A stretch of DNA of 64,000 nt from Callorhinchus milii. Its lineage: Eukaryota. Position numbers and translations under genes: made by a program. The notes beneath the pieces were generated by a model. The model was not told the DNA's origin, made no database searches, and worked only from the letters and a program-made list of their open reading frames with translations. The stretch lies in NCBI RefSeq assembly GCF_018977255.1, contig NW_024704742.1, positions 84,942,001-85,006,000 of the forward strand, written 5' to 3'. Positions 24,101 to 39,253 of the stretch are shown here, in pieces. The first letter of the stretch is position 1. Every line of letters starts with the position of its first letter.

Positions 24101-27100
24101 CTAAATAAACAGTTAAACAATTGAATACACCAATATGTTGCTACACACATTTTCAGATTAGTAATGCAATTTTTTTCATACTTCCTAGCAACTTATTTGA
24201 ACATCTAAAAGAATGCCCAAATTTCTGAAGCTACTTTAATGTTAAATACAAATTTACATCTAGAGCTCGTCAGTATTTCTAAGGGCACAATTGGTGCTGT
24301 GATTTCTGCCCTCAATGTAAACAGTGCAAATCCATAGTACCAGAAACCGTATCAGACTCCACTTGAAGCAGCTCACTACAAAATAAATGAAGTTTATCTT
24401 CAAGCTATATTCTAATTTGAGTTCAGAGGATTGTTCAAACTTCATACAAATGATAAACAAGAACTTGCATTTATACAGCACCCTTCATGCATGATAACCT
24501 AGTGTTGCACAGTGACAAGGGAGAAAGGGGAGGGGCAGATGACAATAGGTATGGTCTTACTACCTATTATGACTCAGAGACATCCTTTATTAATATTCAT
24601 ATCTTGCATCTGTGTGAATTCGCCAGCAAAGGACATTCTAGATGAAGCTTTTTTCCAGAAGTCAGTTGCAGGTATTTCTAATATTTAAAATAGATGCATT
24701 TGTTTCATGGTAGAAGAATATTAGAATTGTGGCAGCAATTAAATTGATTAGTCTGATTGGGTGATCAGACTGCAAGACTATTTTTCTAGGTAGGATAATG
24801 ACGAGAATCATAATTGAAGTTATATGGATGGGAATGAAGAGCAAGGAACTTCGCTAATACGGAATTAAGCGACTTGCAAATTGTATTATTGGTTTAGGTT
24901 TTTTTTCTTGTAAATGCTTTTCAACTCCTAATCAGTAAAGAAATCTATTTAAATCATTACACTTCAAGCTTGGCTACAAATATAAAAAGAATGCAAACAA
25001 ACTGGGTTGCATTAGAATCGAACGTCTGCATAGTGTTGTGGGTACGCTTTGATACCACTATTATTTCCCTCATGCCAATAGATGTAAGCAAGCATAAGAA
25101 AAAAAGCAAAGATAATTGAAGTTAAGATTATTCAGCAACTGACAACAATGATCCAGGCAAAACGTCTCACTGTAGAAATAGTGTTCAAATACCAGAAGAC
25201 ATGAGGTGGATTACTATCCTAAAAATAGATATACAAGTTTGGCCTGTATGTGAATCTGACTGACCAAAAAAATCCTTTATCTCAAGCCTGTTATTTTAGG
25301 CCAAGTTAGTATATTGAGTTTCAGTATTGTAATCAAAATATAAAAATTATTTGTATTTACACTTTTTGTGGAAATGCTATTGGAACTTTGTGAGTGACCA
25401 ACCAACAATTAGTAAATTGACTGAACGGTGCTATACTATCATGGTAAATAACCCAAGTTAAAACGATATCTTAATAAAGGCATAATAGGAAGATACACTT
25501 AATACTCAGCGAAAGGCATGAATCCTTACATAAATCACTGGTCTCACCATCAGTATTCAATTTAAAAACAGTTTCCACTTTACTATGTGCTACCTGGTCC
25601 ATTTTCATCTAATGTAAATCAATTAAAGTGTAATGTAAATCATTTGTATACTACATTGGTCAATAAGGTGCAACATCGATTACAGTACTTAGACAGATGG
25701 AAGACAGTAGAATTTACTTACATTAGAATGTTCTCCGTGGATATAGATAATTAATTTTCAATTACAGAAGATAGCACGTAAGCAGAAATTTCCACATCTG
25801 TATAAGAATAATCCTTGCATTTGATATAGTGCCTTATCACATCGTTGAGACATTTCAAAGCGCTACACAAAATATATTATAAATATAATAAACATAAACA
25901 TAATATATTCTAATATATAAACAGAGATTCCACCCAGTATTGCAGAACTGTTTCACACACTTCCAATCTAGGACCCCCATGTAACGAGCCCTAACTAAGT
26001 AAAGGTCGACGGAAATGGAAAAAACACAATGAATAGTCAACATCCCACTGTGATTTTTTTTAGAAAATGTTCTCACGAAGACACTCTTGGAAAAAATGTT
26101 GGAATGTGTGGCACAAAGTACATCATGATGGTGGTTACAGAAAATAAACTATTTGGCATACATCCAACATATTTCAGTTCATGTGAATTCATTGTGAATT
26201 ATAGCCAGTTTTCCATAATTCACCACTTTAACATGCATCTACTACTGTACTTCTAGGATCTTTCCAATAATGCCATACATACACTGCTAAAAGACAAGAA
26301 TCAGAAGCAAAAAGAAACTGATTGCAGTCCAGAATGTTTTTAAATGCATTATCTTCCAACCAGTAATTTAATAAAACCACAGCAGGATTTATGACAACTG
26401 ATTAAATAAGGAATTATAAAGCATGAAAATAGCTGAGTAATTATTCCAGGTTAAATTGCCTGGGATTGATGATCAGATAAAAGTAAGTGAGGCCTCTCTG
26501 TATCAAGATGTAGATACTGAGTTTCAAGTAACTTAATGAAAACTTTCAGAAGGTCATAAAATGGTGTTTTTATTTACAAAATTGTGAACTGAATACTTAA
26601 ATATTGCTTTAAATGTTTTTTTCTTGCGTCTTCAAGACAGTTATAATTCTTCTACTATACCTATTATTAAAGTGAGATCGTTCTGGAGAAACTATCCACC
26701 AATTTCAACTCATTGAGAGGAGTCTATTCGATGACTTGGCTGAAAATGCTATGATGTGTGTACCAACATCCTACACATCGTATTCTTCAAGACACCATGA
26801 CTTTGCTTCAGAAACATCACGAATAGGGATGAAAAACTGGGCGCATTCCAGGATTCATACTAGTCAAACCTATAAAAGCAACCACCTCTATTTAGCAACC
26901 ATTTGTCAAATTCAACCAGCTACATTTTAAGCCCCGTCAGTATACTGACACCCTTTTCAGCAGCCAGACCTGGCTCAGTGAGCTACTTAGTATGGCTTGG
27001 TACACACTGTCCAGCAGGAGTCTACACACTGGCCCATGGAAATTTTTGGCCCTCAGAAACAGCAGCAATTTGTATTTTGTAATTGATTTATTACTTTATT

Positions 27101-30100
27101 AAAACTGATAAGATTTATGGGTTCATACATGCACTGTATTTTTCCATACACTTATACATTTGAAAATTCTACGCACACCAATGAACCCTTACTCAGAGGC
27201 CACCCTTAAATAAAAGCCATTTTGGTCCAGTCCCCCAAATGGTTGCTGAAAACAGGTTTGGCTGAACTTGCATTTGATATAGCTCCCTTTATGTTGGGAG
27301 AACATCGCAAATATTTCACAGGATTTACTGCAGTCAAGTCACATTTGTCTGTGAACATGGCAACCAATCTGCACATAGTAATGTCCCATAAACAGTCAGG
27401 AAGTGAACAACCAATTTTATCTGGGGAGGCCAGGATACCAGGAGAAATTCCCTTCTCCTCTCCTTTTCAGTAGTCCAATGGGCTCTTTAATATCCACTTG
27501 ACAGACAGACGGGCATCAGTGTAACAGCTCATCCTGAGGACATCACTGCCGACAATGCAGTACCCCAGCACTTAATTGGATTGTCAGCCTAGACAACGAG
27601 TTAAAAATCCCAACAAACGTTCATTAAAAAAGTGCAGATCTACACCTCACAGCCTTACCTTTTTGCATCACATTAGCCATTATAGTTCAGCAAAATATGC
27701 TAAAAGATCAGCAAACAATGACCTACACTTCAGAAAGTCCAAAGGTTCCAAGCCTTTTTTTTTGGCTTGAGCAAACAGCAAGTAGTGTGCAGCAAGGAGA
27801 AACGGATGCAGCTTGCTGTTTTCCTGCATACATCAGGCAGCAATATCCTGCACAAATATCCCAAACAAAAACCTCTCAGAAAGTGTGATATTTAATTCAC
27901 TAACATGAGATATAAAGTGTCAGCTCGGTTTGCAAAGCGAGTCTCCTTTTCTATACTGTCTGAAATACTGCTGAATGTATGTTACAATAAATCCTTTTAT
28001 TGTTTAGTTTACAATTCGGGTGGCTGACTGGTGTTTACAAAACAAAACTTTCTGATTTGTGGTACCTCAAGCACCACCAGGTCCAGTGATCAGCAGTCTA
28101 TAGTTCTCTCTCGGTTCTAAATTGCTACCACTGACTATGGAGTGATCACATTTTGTGTGTATAACATTTTGTGTTCCTTTTGTATACAAAAATATCTCAA
28201 GTGTTTCACAGTGATGGTAGAGCCAAGAATTTAAGCATGTTGACCAGAGTCAGACAGAAGGATTCATAGAGGGTTTTGAAGAGTGGGAATAAAACATAGT
28301 GAAATGAATACCAGCGAAACACGATGCAGATGGGGTAATGGCCTAGTGTGGAAGAAGGTACTGGCTGCTGAATTTTGGATGAGTTGTCGCCTGTGGAGGG
28401 GGAGGATTGAAAAAAAATCTAACCTCAAGGTGACCCTGGTGACAAAAGTATGGGAGACTCAGTTGTGAAGTGGGTGAGATAGGACACAAGCAGGCAATAT
28501 TCTGAAGATGGAAGAAATTTGTTGTTTGAAAACCAAACGTGGAATTTAAAGCAGAGCTGAGAGATGGAGGTCAAGAACGCCAAGTTTACCACTGGTTCAG
28601 TTCGGTGCAGCCAAGGAGACAAAATGTAAGAAAGTGTCATCAAGAACATAACTGGGCTGAGTTCAAGCCAAGCTGAGGTTTGCTCCAAGTGACACCCCTA
28701 GCAATAGAAGGTGGGAATCCAGTCAAATCTGTTGATACTTTGGTAATCTTGCACCTTGTCATACTCTGTTGATACCATTCTAGGCAGGTCCATTACCAGG
28801 TCTTGGAGGCGCAGACCACTCGAGGACTTGCATTTTTTACATTCAACTATTTGCAAATTAAAGCCTAGTGAGCAGGGAGATCCTAGCTGGACCAACAGCA
28901 AATGCTTGCCAATATTTGCAATGGTAAGTAAGCTGGTTAAACTCTTGCCATACTCGAATGTACGCATTGCTCTTGCAAACTTTGCCTAAACTCTCCAGAA
29001 CTAGATAAACAGAGTGCCTTAGAGATCCTTAACCATGGAGATCCAGATGTGCCAAGATACTTAGTTGACAATAAGCAAAATTCTCAAGACAACAACAGAT
29101 GTATTAGGACTTGTTCAATATAACCCAAGGAAATTATAGTAAAAGTACCCTCATCTCCAGGTCACCATGTGAAAAGAACCTGAAGCACAAGAAATAATTC
29201 TGCAATAAGAGCAAACATCACACAATTGCTGCCATACAGCTGTTCTACCGATCAAAATATTCAAACATGCTTTGTGTTTCACAAATTGTTTCAATATGTA
29301 TCCCACTTTATATTGCTAAGATATTTCACCAAATTTCACTTCCAAGAGAACCTGCAGAAGGACCTAGCGCTGCATGAAAAAAAAGGATGGCATTCAAGTC
29401 AATGTAGTCAAATATTACTGTTTGGTTACTGATCGATTATATAAACCTCACTTTATAAACAGTCAAACAATCACTACAAATACGGTTCAAAATATGGAAC
29501 TTAAGGCAGGAAGCAGATTTCAAATTAAATTAAATGAATGGAGTTGTACAATGTACATTGGTAATGTGCTGTACTTGGAATACAGATAGGAGTGAACCAG
29601 CATCTATACAGGCCACGAAAACAACTACTTTCTCTCAACGGTCAGAAGCCATTGAATGGAAATTACTTGTGGATTATTACAAGATTTGTTTCAGTGTGTG
29701 GTGTGATTTAATTACAGCAAGCAACTGAAGGTGAACTTATGCTGAATGTAACAAAGTGGCACACTGCTACAGGAGCTAACATTCATAACACAGTAAATAC
29801 ACTGAACAGTATATAATATTGTCCAAGCTGACAATTTAAGTGCATTCCGGAACCACCTATCATTTTAATATTGAATTCATTCCACTTCATATGAACAAAG
29901 ATTGCAGTTAATTATGTTGGTTCACTTGAATATGGAATGAACTCAATAATAAAATAATCCCAAAAAGAGTGCTCATGCTGCAACAAAAGTATGAAATGCA
30001 AGAACAGTAAAAGTTCCTAAAAATGTCAAGAAGCTAAGTACTATTTTGTTCCCCATTAGGTTCACAGGGTAAGGGGAGGATCATTATTGTGATTGCTAGT

Positions 30101-31489
30101 GAGTCCCAATGGAGACTGCATTAATTCTGTTACTGGAAGACTAGATATTTCTTCATGCAGCGTTAGCCGAATGATCATGAAACCATGCTAGCAATTAATG
30201 CAAGAGTGCACTTTCTATTTTGCTAATTTGAATGGAGTCTTCGAACTTCATCTCAGTTGTTCAGTGACAGAGAGCTAATCAGATGAATACCTTATACCCT
30301 TTTCAAAAAAAGTAAATATTACAGTGCATTAGCAACAAGGAATGTTTGTATTTACACAGCATACACCAGGCTTCTCAGGTGTAATAGAATTAATTTTGAA
30401 ATAAAGTATACACAAAAATGTGCTGTCCCATTCATATTGTATTTGTCCCATCTGATTTCTTTATGTGATGCAAATTGCTTGCATTTCTTCCTCTCCTTTA
30501 AGGCCCCATTCCTGACTGAGAAGGTCCCCCTCTGACAAAGCTTCTGTTGAATAAGTTATCAAATACTTGGGACTAGTGTTCCACACTATCATTCAACAGT
30601 ACAAAGGGCTGCAGACTGAAATTACACATTTCAAATTTGAACTCAAATGCTGTCTGATAAATATTACAGATATTTAAAGTATTTGTTATATTAAATTCAA
30701 ATTTTCTCAACTGAATAAGCACAAATCACAATTCTAAATGATCATGGAAATCTTGGTATAATAAGGTGTGGTTAAGATTACTTGATAAGGTGATGGTGGA
30801 TTGTAAAAAACTGAAACGTTCCTTTATCTGAGCTTTAAATGTAGTTTTGTGCATTGGAAAGGCAAACACAAAAAAAATTAAGTACGACATTGCTACCCAG
30901 TCCAATAGTTAATATCACCAGATTAACTATTTGTTCACTTTACTTTCTGAAACCCCATGTGTTATCAAAAAACAAAATAATGGAGCAGTACCAACCACTG
31001 AATTTCACATTATCTAATAGGTACAATGCTAATGATTTATTTAGTGTAATACTTAGAACTGAACAATAATGGATTCAATGTGAATTCCAGACTGATCATT
31101 TTCTGAAATCATTTTTGATGCTGAATGTTATTTTAAAATCATTATTTTCTCCTTTCCTGCAAACTTAGAATTTCATTTTCCTATTGCATCCGTATGTGAT
31201 AGTACTAATTTGCAGGGTGGATGGGAGGAGGCATGTATGTCAGCAAGAGCGAGTGAGTCAGAGAAAGAACAAAAAGAACAAAGAGCACTGCCAGAGGCAT
31301 CCTATCACCCGTCACTGCTGAAGGTGATTTGTTGAAAAGGCTGGGAAGGAGTCAGCAAGCAGTAAGTCAATTGCTTCCAATACATTTTGATGACAAAGCC
31401 ACAGCCAGATTCCGAACACTCTAAAATGCTACATACAAGGAGTAAAGCTAGACCCACGTGGAATTTCTCTCCAAACATCTCTCACTCAG

Positions 31490-31900
31490 ACCTGAGGTCA
31501 GGGAGGGAGAGGAAGGGGGGTGACCAATGGCATGGTCGAAGAGGAAGGTCTTGAGGCAGAACTTGAAGGAGATTAAGGAGGGGGCGAGGCGGAGTGATTG
31601 GGGGATGGTTCCAGAGGTTGGGAGCAGAGTGGCTGAAGGCTCTCCCGCCAATGGTGGGGCAGTTGGGTTGGGGGACGTAGAGCAGGCCGGAGCTGGCTGA
31701 GCGGAGGGAACGGGCGAGTTGGTAGGGGGTTAGGAGATCGCAGAGGCCATGGAAGGCTTTGTATGTGAAGACCAGGTTCTTGAACTGAATCCTCTGAAGG
31801 ATAGGGAGCCAATGGAGTCGGGTGAGAATGGGGGAGATGGGGTCACGGAGTTTGGTGCGGATGAGGACACGGGCTGCAGAGTTCTGGATTATCTGCAGCC
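31490..31900 (-). mobile_element. L2 LINE 3' fragment
   Basis: ORF 31482..32057: LQIIQNSAARVL..LHWLPILQRIQFK..YKAFHGL..GGRAFSHSAPNLWN. Confidence 0.88.
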
Positions 31901-34097
31901 TTACATCGGAACCTGAATTCACATACTGTAAGCTTTGCACTCCAATGCAATACCAGGGGGGGGTGGGGGGGGGCAGGTTTGGATTGTCAGAGGTGCCCCC
32001 CCTCCAGATGAGACTGCGGTTCAATCTGCCTGTCCAGACAGATGTTAAAACTTTCACGGCACTGTTCGAAAGCAGAAGGGCATTTCTCCCAATCTCCTGG
32101 CCCCAGATAAAAATTGCTCATTCACATCACATCAGTTTGTGGGAAATTGCTGTGCAGAACTGGGCTGCCACATTTGCCTACAAAAGTCACTCAACTTTAC
32201 AGTAAATCCTGCATTTGGAACGTCCTCCCAACACAAAGGCAGGCGCTATACCAAATGTAAAGATTATAATTCTTTTAAATGTATTTTATATGTGGAGCTC
32301 AGTCTGCTGCACTTAAGCACACTGATGGGTTTCCACATGCGTCAGACCCTGGCTGATGAAAAAAGTTTTTGTTAATTAAGAAGGTACACAGATCTCTAAT
32401 ATGTCAATCATTCTAGTCAAATTTTTCTCCCGCATAACCTGAATTGGAATGAGGAAGTCCAACCTGATGCTGTGAAAAACTGCTCAAAGACACTTTTCAT
32501 TTAGATCAAATATCAAACAGCACAGCACGCCTGTTACCCTAACCTTCCTCTTTCTTAATTGCCTCCCACTTTCATATTTCCTCTACAGTTGGGAGCATAC
32601 ATCCTCTCAAATTCATAGGTCATTGAACCAGGACAATTTTATTCAATTTAGGATCCTGGATGTCTGGAATAAGGAAACTAAAGGCAACAAGTACTTTTCA
32701 AGATACTTCAGCCATTTTACAGCATTGAGCAGTGCTCTGTAGTTTGAATGCTAAGAAATTGAACTTGCTCTAACAAGCAGCTGAGCAGCTCAGCTCAGTT
32801 CCTGAGAATGTGACTCAGTCATCCTGCTTGTGTAATCATTGGGAAGAATTAATCCCTCTGGTTCTCATTAATTTTAATAAAATGGAATTCTTTCAAGTCT
32901 CATCTATGGATAAATTAAACTTTTGTCTTCTTTTGGCCAGGCTGAAAAATGAGGGAGAAGAAAAATGTGGCATATGAAAACTACAAAAAGACAGGAATGC
33001 AATAAAAATAAACGTGGAAATGTAACAGCATTACTCATAAACCCATCCTTGTTATGAGGAAAACATTCCTCCCTTCTCTTTAACTCATGCGGTGTAATTT
33101 AGCCTGCAATTTATCTCCTCCCTATGGAATTGCCTGGTTTCTACTTGCTTCTCCTAACCTAATGTAGTGGCTGATGCAGATTTCACACACCAATGGCCAT
33201 GCACAGTGATGTTTTGCGCAATCTTGCACTTTCTCTCGCTACATACTATATCGTTGAAAATAAATGGCATCGGAATGAGAATTTTATAAAATGCAGCACT
33301 TGGGCAACAGGGGGTAGGGGCAGAATTATATCTTCCCTTTATACTTGTTTTCAGCTCATGTAACAAATTATTCATAATTGTAGAAGATACAAAATTGTCA
33401 GCAACACAATCAGTCCATTAATCTCCTTCTAAATGATGACATAATCTCTTGACTGAAATTTCTAGAAAAGTAAACTTCAATCTTACAGGAAACACGATTC
33501 ACCACAGGCAAGACTGAACAGATTTAATTAACCCAAATAAAATGAGTGTCTCAACTAAAATATTCCTCCAGCACTTTAATTACATAGAACAGTACAACAC
33601 AGAAACAGGCCTATTCCTCCCCTTGCCAGCAGAAACATTTGGCCAAACTTGTTTGTGCCAAGGTTTATATTTTACATGAATCCTCCTAATCCCTCTCCCA
33701 TACCCCTCTAGGCCCTTCTCACTGATGTATGCTAAATCAAAAGAATGAATCTAAATCAAATGTAGCCTAACTCAATTTGATATTGTCTTAATGAGGTTTA
33801 AGATTACTAATTTAAGAATTTTAGAAATTATAACTCAGGAGGCTATTCCGACCACTGGGGCTTACCTGGTGCTAGCAACTCCAAGGGACCCTTTCACATT
33901 ATTTTTCCAATGTATCATTAAAGTTCCTTGTAAATGTAAGTAACTTCTGATAATGCTCTGGATTATTAATCAACCTCTGATGAAAACATTTCTCATACCC
34001 TTCCTCTTTTCCAGTGACCATCCTGAGGTTAAATCTTCTTGTTACTTAACTCTTTTATTTTCCTGCTCCTCCTCTACTATTGAGGATGGATTTGTGC

Positions 34098-34230
34098 AAT
34101 AACATGGGATCTTACAGCACCGAAGGAGGCCATTCGACCCATCATGCCTGTGCTGCCTCTTTGAAAGAGCTATCCAATTAGTCCCCCACTCTTCCCTATA
34201 GCCTTGCAAACACATACCTCCGCAAAAAAA
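34098..34230 (-). mobile_element. CR1 3' UTR fragment
   Basis: Reverse complement of the 3' end of the 60121-61427 element (GGAGGCCATTCGACCCATC). Older CR1 3' remnants lie near 12390-12570, 33580-33740 and 41770-41920. Confidence 0.7.
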
Positions 34231-36577
34231 TTCACACCTTCTGCAGACTTTATTTGGCCAGATCCTAGAAAACACTAAACACAATCAAGCTTTGGACATA
34301 TCTTGCTACAGCTGGCACAAAAGTAGCATTGTCATAATACTGTACACAGAGATGCTTCCCACTCAGCCCAAGAAGGCATATGCGTACAATTATCAGGTAC
34401 CACTCACTCACCCTAATTTTTCCTATTTGTCTAAGGGCACGGATCAGCTTCATTTGGCCTTTCTCCTGAACGTGATTACCAACATGTGACATGAGAAAAA
34501 TCACTAGGTACAATTCAAATACTGTACTTTCTAGTGTTTGACAGCATATACAGCAACTCCATAAGATACAGAATGACTAATTAAAACGTCAGTGTCATTA
34601 ATTTTTTTAAGCATCTATTCAAATCCGTTTGATAATTGCAACAAATAGCTTTCAGTTACAAACTACAATTCTTTAAACATTAACAGCAGCTGGCTATTAA
34701 ACCCAATTGCTGCTGCCTCTTACCCAATTCCACCTGCTACAGCTGGGATATGCTTCAACAGTTTTCAAATGAGCTTCTCACAATGACAGTGAAACATTTC
34801 ACTTAGGAAGGGAGAAATCTGTAATTTACTTTGCTCTACAACAAAGAATAATAGGATAAAGACTGACACCAATTTTTAATTAATAACCTGGTTAAAGTTG
34901 GCAGAACCCCTTTATGTTACTTTAAACAAATCTCCAAACTGCCAACTGATATTTTCACCTGGGCTCCACATCACAGACAAAAGAGTGGACGAGCAACCAG
35001 TTCTGAACCATGGGTTAGAGCATCCTAGGCATGAGTCTCCCTCCCATTATTTATTCCCCCTCCTTTCTCTCCCCAGAAAGTGAATTGCTCTGATCAGCAT
35101 CTGCCCGCAACAGAGATAAACTGGTAGAATAATGATATTTAAAGTTTTTTTCTGTAGAGCATCAATATGTCAGTAGTTGTTTGGAAATAGTTTTCTACTG
35201 AGCAAAATTCTCTAAAATGCTAGTTTTTACACAATTTCATTTTTGACAACACAAAGTGAAGCAAAAAATCCACTCATTGTAAAATTGAGGATAGAATTTT
35301 CACTCTAATAGAGTCGAATAACTATTAATACACAAACACATCAAATTCAATGTTTTAGTTGTCAACAAATTAGGCATCAAACTCCCATGAATAGTGAGCT
35401 TCAAAATTAGTCGAGACAGCAGCATTCTAAGCAACTGATGAGGCCCTGCAATCTCATCTCTGAGAAGACACTTTTGGAGATCATTCTCAACAGCATGTTT
35501 ATATCCAATTTGCAACATTCCAGGTGGCTGAGCTTTTACAAATATGCAAAATCCTGCCCACCAATACCCTAAACTGCTAGACTCCAAGCATTCCACATTG
35601 CAAATGTAACCTTACCCGCCTTTCGCAGATATCATTTTCTGGAGCAATGGTGATAGTTGAAATTTATGAAACACGCCAGGTAAGCAGACTACTTATTACT
35701 CATGCCACAAGGGATTCATGAGAACCTATCAATCTTGTACTTAACCAAGTGAAAAAGTCAATTTTTTTCACAACATTTCTAGACAGAATGGTGAAGACTG
35801 GTTAGCATTTCAGTGTCAACTGCAGTGTACCTTAATTTTAAACAATCAGTACTTCCATGCTAATACGACTGATCTAAGCTCATTGTACCAACTCTTATCT
35901 CTCCAAGCCAGCAAGACAAAATAACACTCTGATGTAGAAATCCAAGAAGCAATACTGAATATATAAATCTGCACAACCCGTATAGATTTTGCAAAGTTTA
36001 GTGAAGTTTTATTTATATATAAAATATAAATAAATAAAATATAAATAATATATATATATATATACACACACACACGTATAAAATAAATCATGCTTGAAGG
36101 AATGACAAGATTTTTTAACAAAAAATGTGTTCCTCCAGATAATCATACAATATGGAGTGTATTTATCTTGCTGTCATGATTATGGGCTGCCTGTTGGGAC
36201 TGAACACCCTCATTTTCCATACAATGGATGGAGGAAGGATAGCAAAGAGATCATCCAACTAACACTACTTCCTTATAACTTCCACCAGGAACAGGGAATC
36301 AAAGTAGTATTGACTATAGTTATGGAGAATCCAGTGACTCAAGATTCCTCTAGCACCTTAATTAAAAATCTCAGCATGCTTCTGGATCAAACTGTCAAAT
36401 ATAGGCTCTCCCACCATACTGAAGTCAGATACCCATTGAACAACTGATGGGGAAACTCAAGCTTAGAAAAACAGCTGCTGGAAGACATTACCCTCATGAC
36501 ATTATCCTCATGGACCCTCATCACATCACAGGACCCCCCCCCCCCACCCCCAGTCTGTCAGTCTGTGACTGTCTGTC

Positions 36578-36902
36578 AGTGGAGTCCTGTAGCTCAGTGG
36601 TTAGAGCACTCGCTTTGCAAGTGAGAGACCTGAGTTCAATCCCCGGCAGAGGGCGAAACCTTGGGCAAGTTTCCTTACTCCACACAGAGCCTAATAATAA
36701 TCCCTCCAAAACCAAAAACAGTAATAAATTGGTCATTTTCAATCCACGACTGTTTGTGGGACATTGCTGTGCGCAATTGGCTGCCGCGTTCGCCCACAAA
36801 TATACAGTCAATTCACTTTACAGTGTGTTCTGTGAAGCGCTTTGGGACGTCCTCCCGACGTGAAAAGCGCTATATCAAATGCGAGGATTTTTATTATTAT
36901 TA
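36578..36902 (+). mobile_element. Young tRNA-derived SINE, short subfamily
   Basis: TAGCTCAGTGG and GAGTTCAATCC boxes; near-identical to 7021-7348. Confidence 0.92.
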
Positions 36903-38049
36903 CCTGTAGTGGGGGGTGAAGAGCATCAGTGAGTGTCCTTAGAGCTTACCTGGCTTCCACTTGGCCACAGAAAGCAGAAGCAAGAAACCCTTTGTGGTGG
37001 CCTCAGTAATTCCGGTACTTGTGCCACGACTTTTCCCACTGAACTTGTTAATCCTGCAAACCAAAGCCCTAATGGGTAAACTGGTCTGAGCTGGACAAAC
37101 AGCGGGTCCCTTGCTGGACAGTGCTTACAATGGCAAGCTATCCAGTTTTATCTAGTTAAACTCAAGCAGTACCACTCATTTCTAATCCTTGGCTCTTACC
37201 AAACTGCATCTGATTAGGTAAGCAGGGAGAATATGCATTCCATTCTAAAATGGGAAATATGTGGAACTGTCTAACGTTAAATTTATTTTGTCAAAATGTA
37301 AAATGGAATCAAGTAGCTTACAACAAACAGTCTGGATATAATGGAAAGCAAGATGGGACTGGCATCAGCCAACCAATTTAATTCAGAAGAGGAAAGAAAA
37401 TGTTGCCACATTCAAAAAACAGCACAAGATGAATGATGTTAAATCCCAATTCAAAAGGACAGTATTTTTATCTAGAGCCCTCTAGGTGCAACCCACTTGC
37501 TGACATGCTGTTAAAAATGCGCAGACTGCTTCAGTGGCTAAAACTACTACAATTTGTTGCCATTGAGACCACCCATTAGGATTGTCCAACTCAGTAGGAA
37601 AAAAGCAATTAAAGCTTAGAACAGCAGCGTGCATGATTAAACCAGTCATTAGCTGCTGCAAAACATGACTAGAAGCAAGCATACACAGTAATGTTCTGGG
37701 TGGTAAAATTGCACACAGGCAATTAAGGAATAAGGGAAACTAGAAAATGTATACAACTATTTTTTTATTAAAATGACAACCTAGAATGGAAAAGCAAATT
37801 ACAAAGAATTATGGCAATATCTTATTTTAAGAATTGTGCAGAATTTAAATCAATTTGTCCTTATTCAGCAGCTTTCATTCCTATATTCATTTCTGGCACA
37901 TACATGTGCTTAAAAGTGTGCAAGTACTGTCAGCCAGGGCTGTTGGTCTGTATATTCAGATTCATCAAACAACATTGTACAATGTCTACATAGCTGAACC
38001 CGCTGTACCCCGAAAACAAGCTTTGTAATCCTGAGATAGCTCCATTCAT

Positions 38050-39253
38050 CTCATTAGAAAGAGTTACTGCTTCCCAGGTTCCCTCATTCCTCTCCTACTA
38101 CTCCCATCACGAGCCTCTCCAAAATGGTTTCCGTGCTGTGACTGCTCTGGTCAAGGTGACAAACAACGTTTTGTCCATCTGTGACCAGGGCTCCCTCTGC
38201 CTCCTCGACCTATCTGCTGCCTTCGATATCGTGGACGACTCCATCCTCCTCCACCACCTCAACCTTCAAGATTCTGTCCTTGAATATTTCAGGTCTCGTC
38301 TCTCACAATCTCCAATTTGTCTCTGCCAACGGTTTCTCTTCCAGCCCCCACACAGCCTTGTGTGGTGTCCCTCAGGCTCTGTCCTCAGTCCCCCCCTCTT
38401 CAACCTTCACAGGCTCCCCCTTGGTGACATCATCCGCAGACATGGGGTCAACTTCCACACGTATTGGATGACACCTGACTCCGAGGCCCTCTTGATTGGT
38501 TTGCGCCAACACATCAGACACTGGCAGCATCAGCACCCACGGTTGCACACTCCACCTCACCAAGCCAATCAGGAACCTGGGCATCTTGTTTGACCCTCAA
38601 CTGTCCTTTCTTCCCCACAACCATGCCATGACCCGCTCTGCCTTTCCCCACCTCCGCAACATTGCCCAACTCTGCCACTACCTCACCCCTCAGGCCACCG
38701 AAACCATCAACTACGGAAACTCCTTCCTTGTCGGCCTCCCCAACTCTTCCCTCCACAAGCTATAGATCATCCAAAACTCGTATCCTCTCCCGCACCAGGC
38801 TCCGTGACCCCATCACCCCCATCCAGCTCCATTGGCTCCCCAACCCTCAAAGGGTAGAATTCAAAATCCTCATCCTCACTTTCAAGGCTCTCCACGGCCT
38901 TGCCCCTCCCTGACCTCTGAGCCCCTATCAACCCAGACCCCTCCCTCCATTCAGCAGGCTCCAGCCTGCTTTAGGCCTCCCGCCTGACCCACCCTACCAC
39001 CGGCAGCCGGGCTTTCAGCCTCTCCGCCCCCCACTCTTTGGAACTCCACTGCACAATCCCTTCACCTTGCTCCATCTCTTGCTTCCTTCAAGGCATGATT
39101 CAAGACCCTCCTTTTTGCCTGTGCCTTCAGACGTCCTCCTACCCCCCCCCTGCCCTCCCTCGTCCGAAACCCCTACACTCGGGTCCTAATCCATAACTGT
39201 TCAGATCCCTGGGACGTGAAAGGCGCTTTACAAGTGTAATTTTGTTGTTGTTG
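38050..39253 (+). mobile_element. Degenerate L2 LINE 3' half (RT to tail)
   Basis: TALVKVTN, LLDLSAAFD, NLGILFDPQLSF and [24 protein letters not shown], followed by a (TTG)n tail. Confidence 0.9.

Noticed and set aside
36962..37005. CPEB3/HDV-like ribozyme (GGCCACAG..GCAGAAGC..GTGGCC)
   Set aside because: P1-like pairing is present, but there is no proper L3/P1.1 or P2 partner; the resemblance is superficial.
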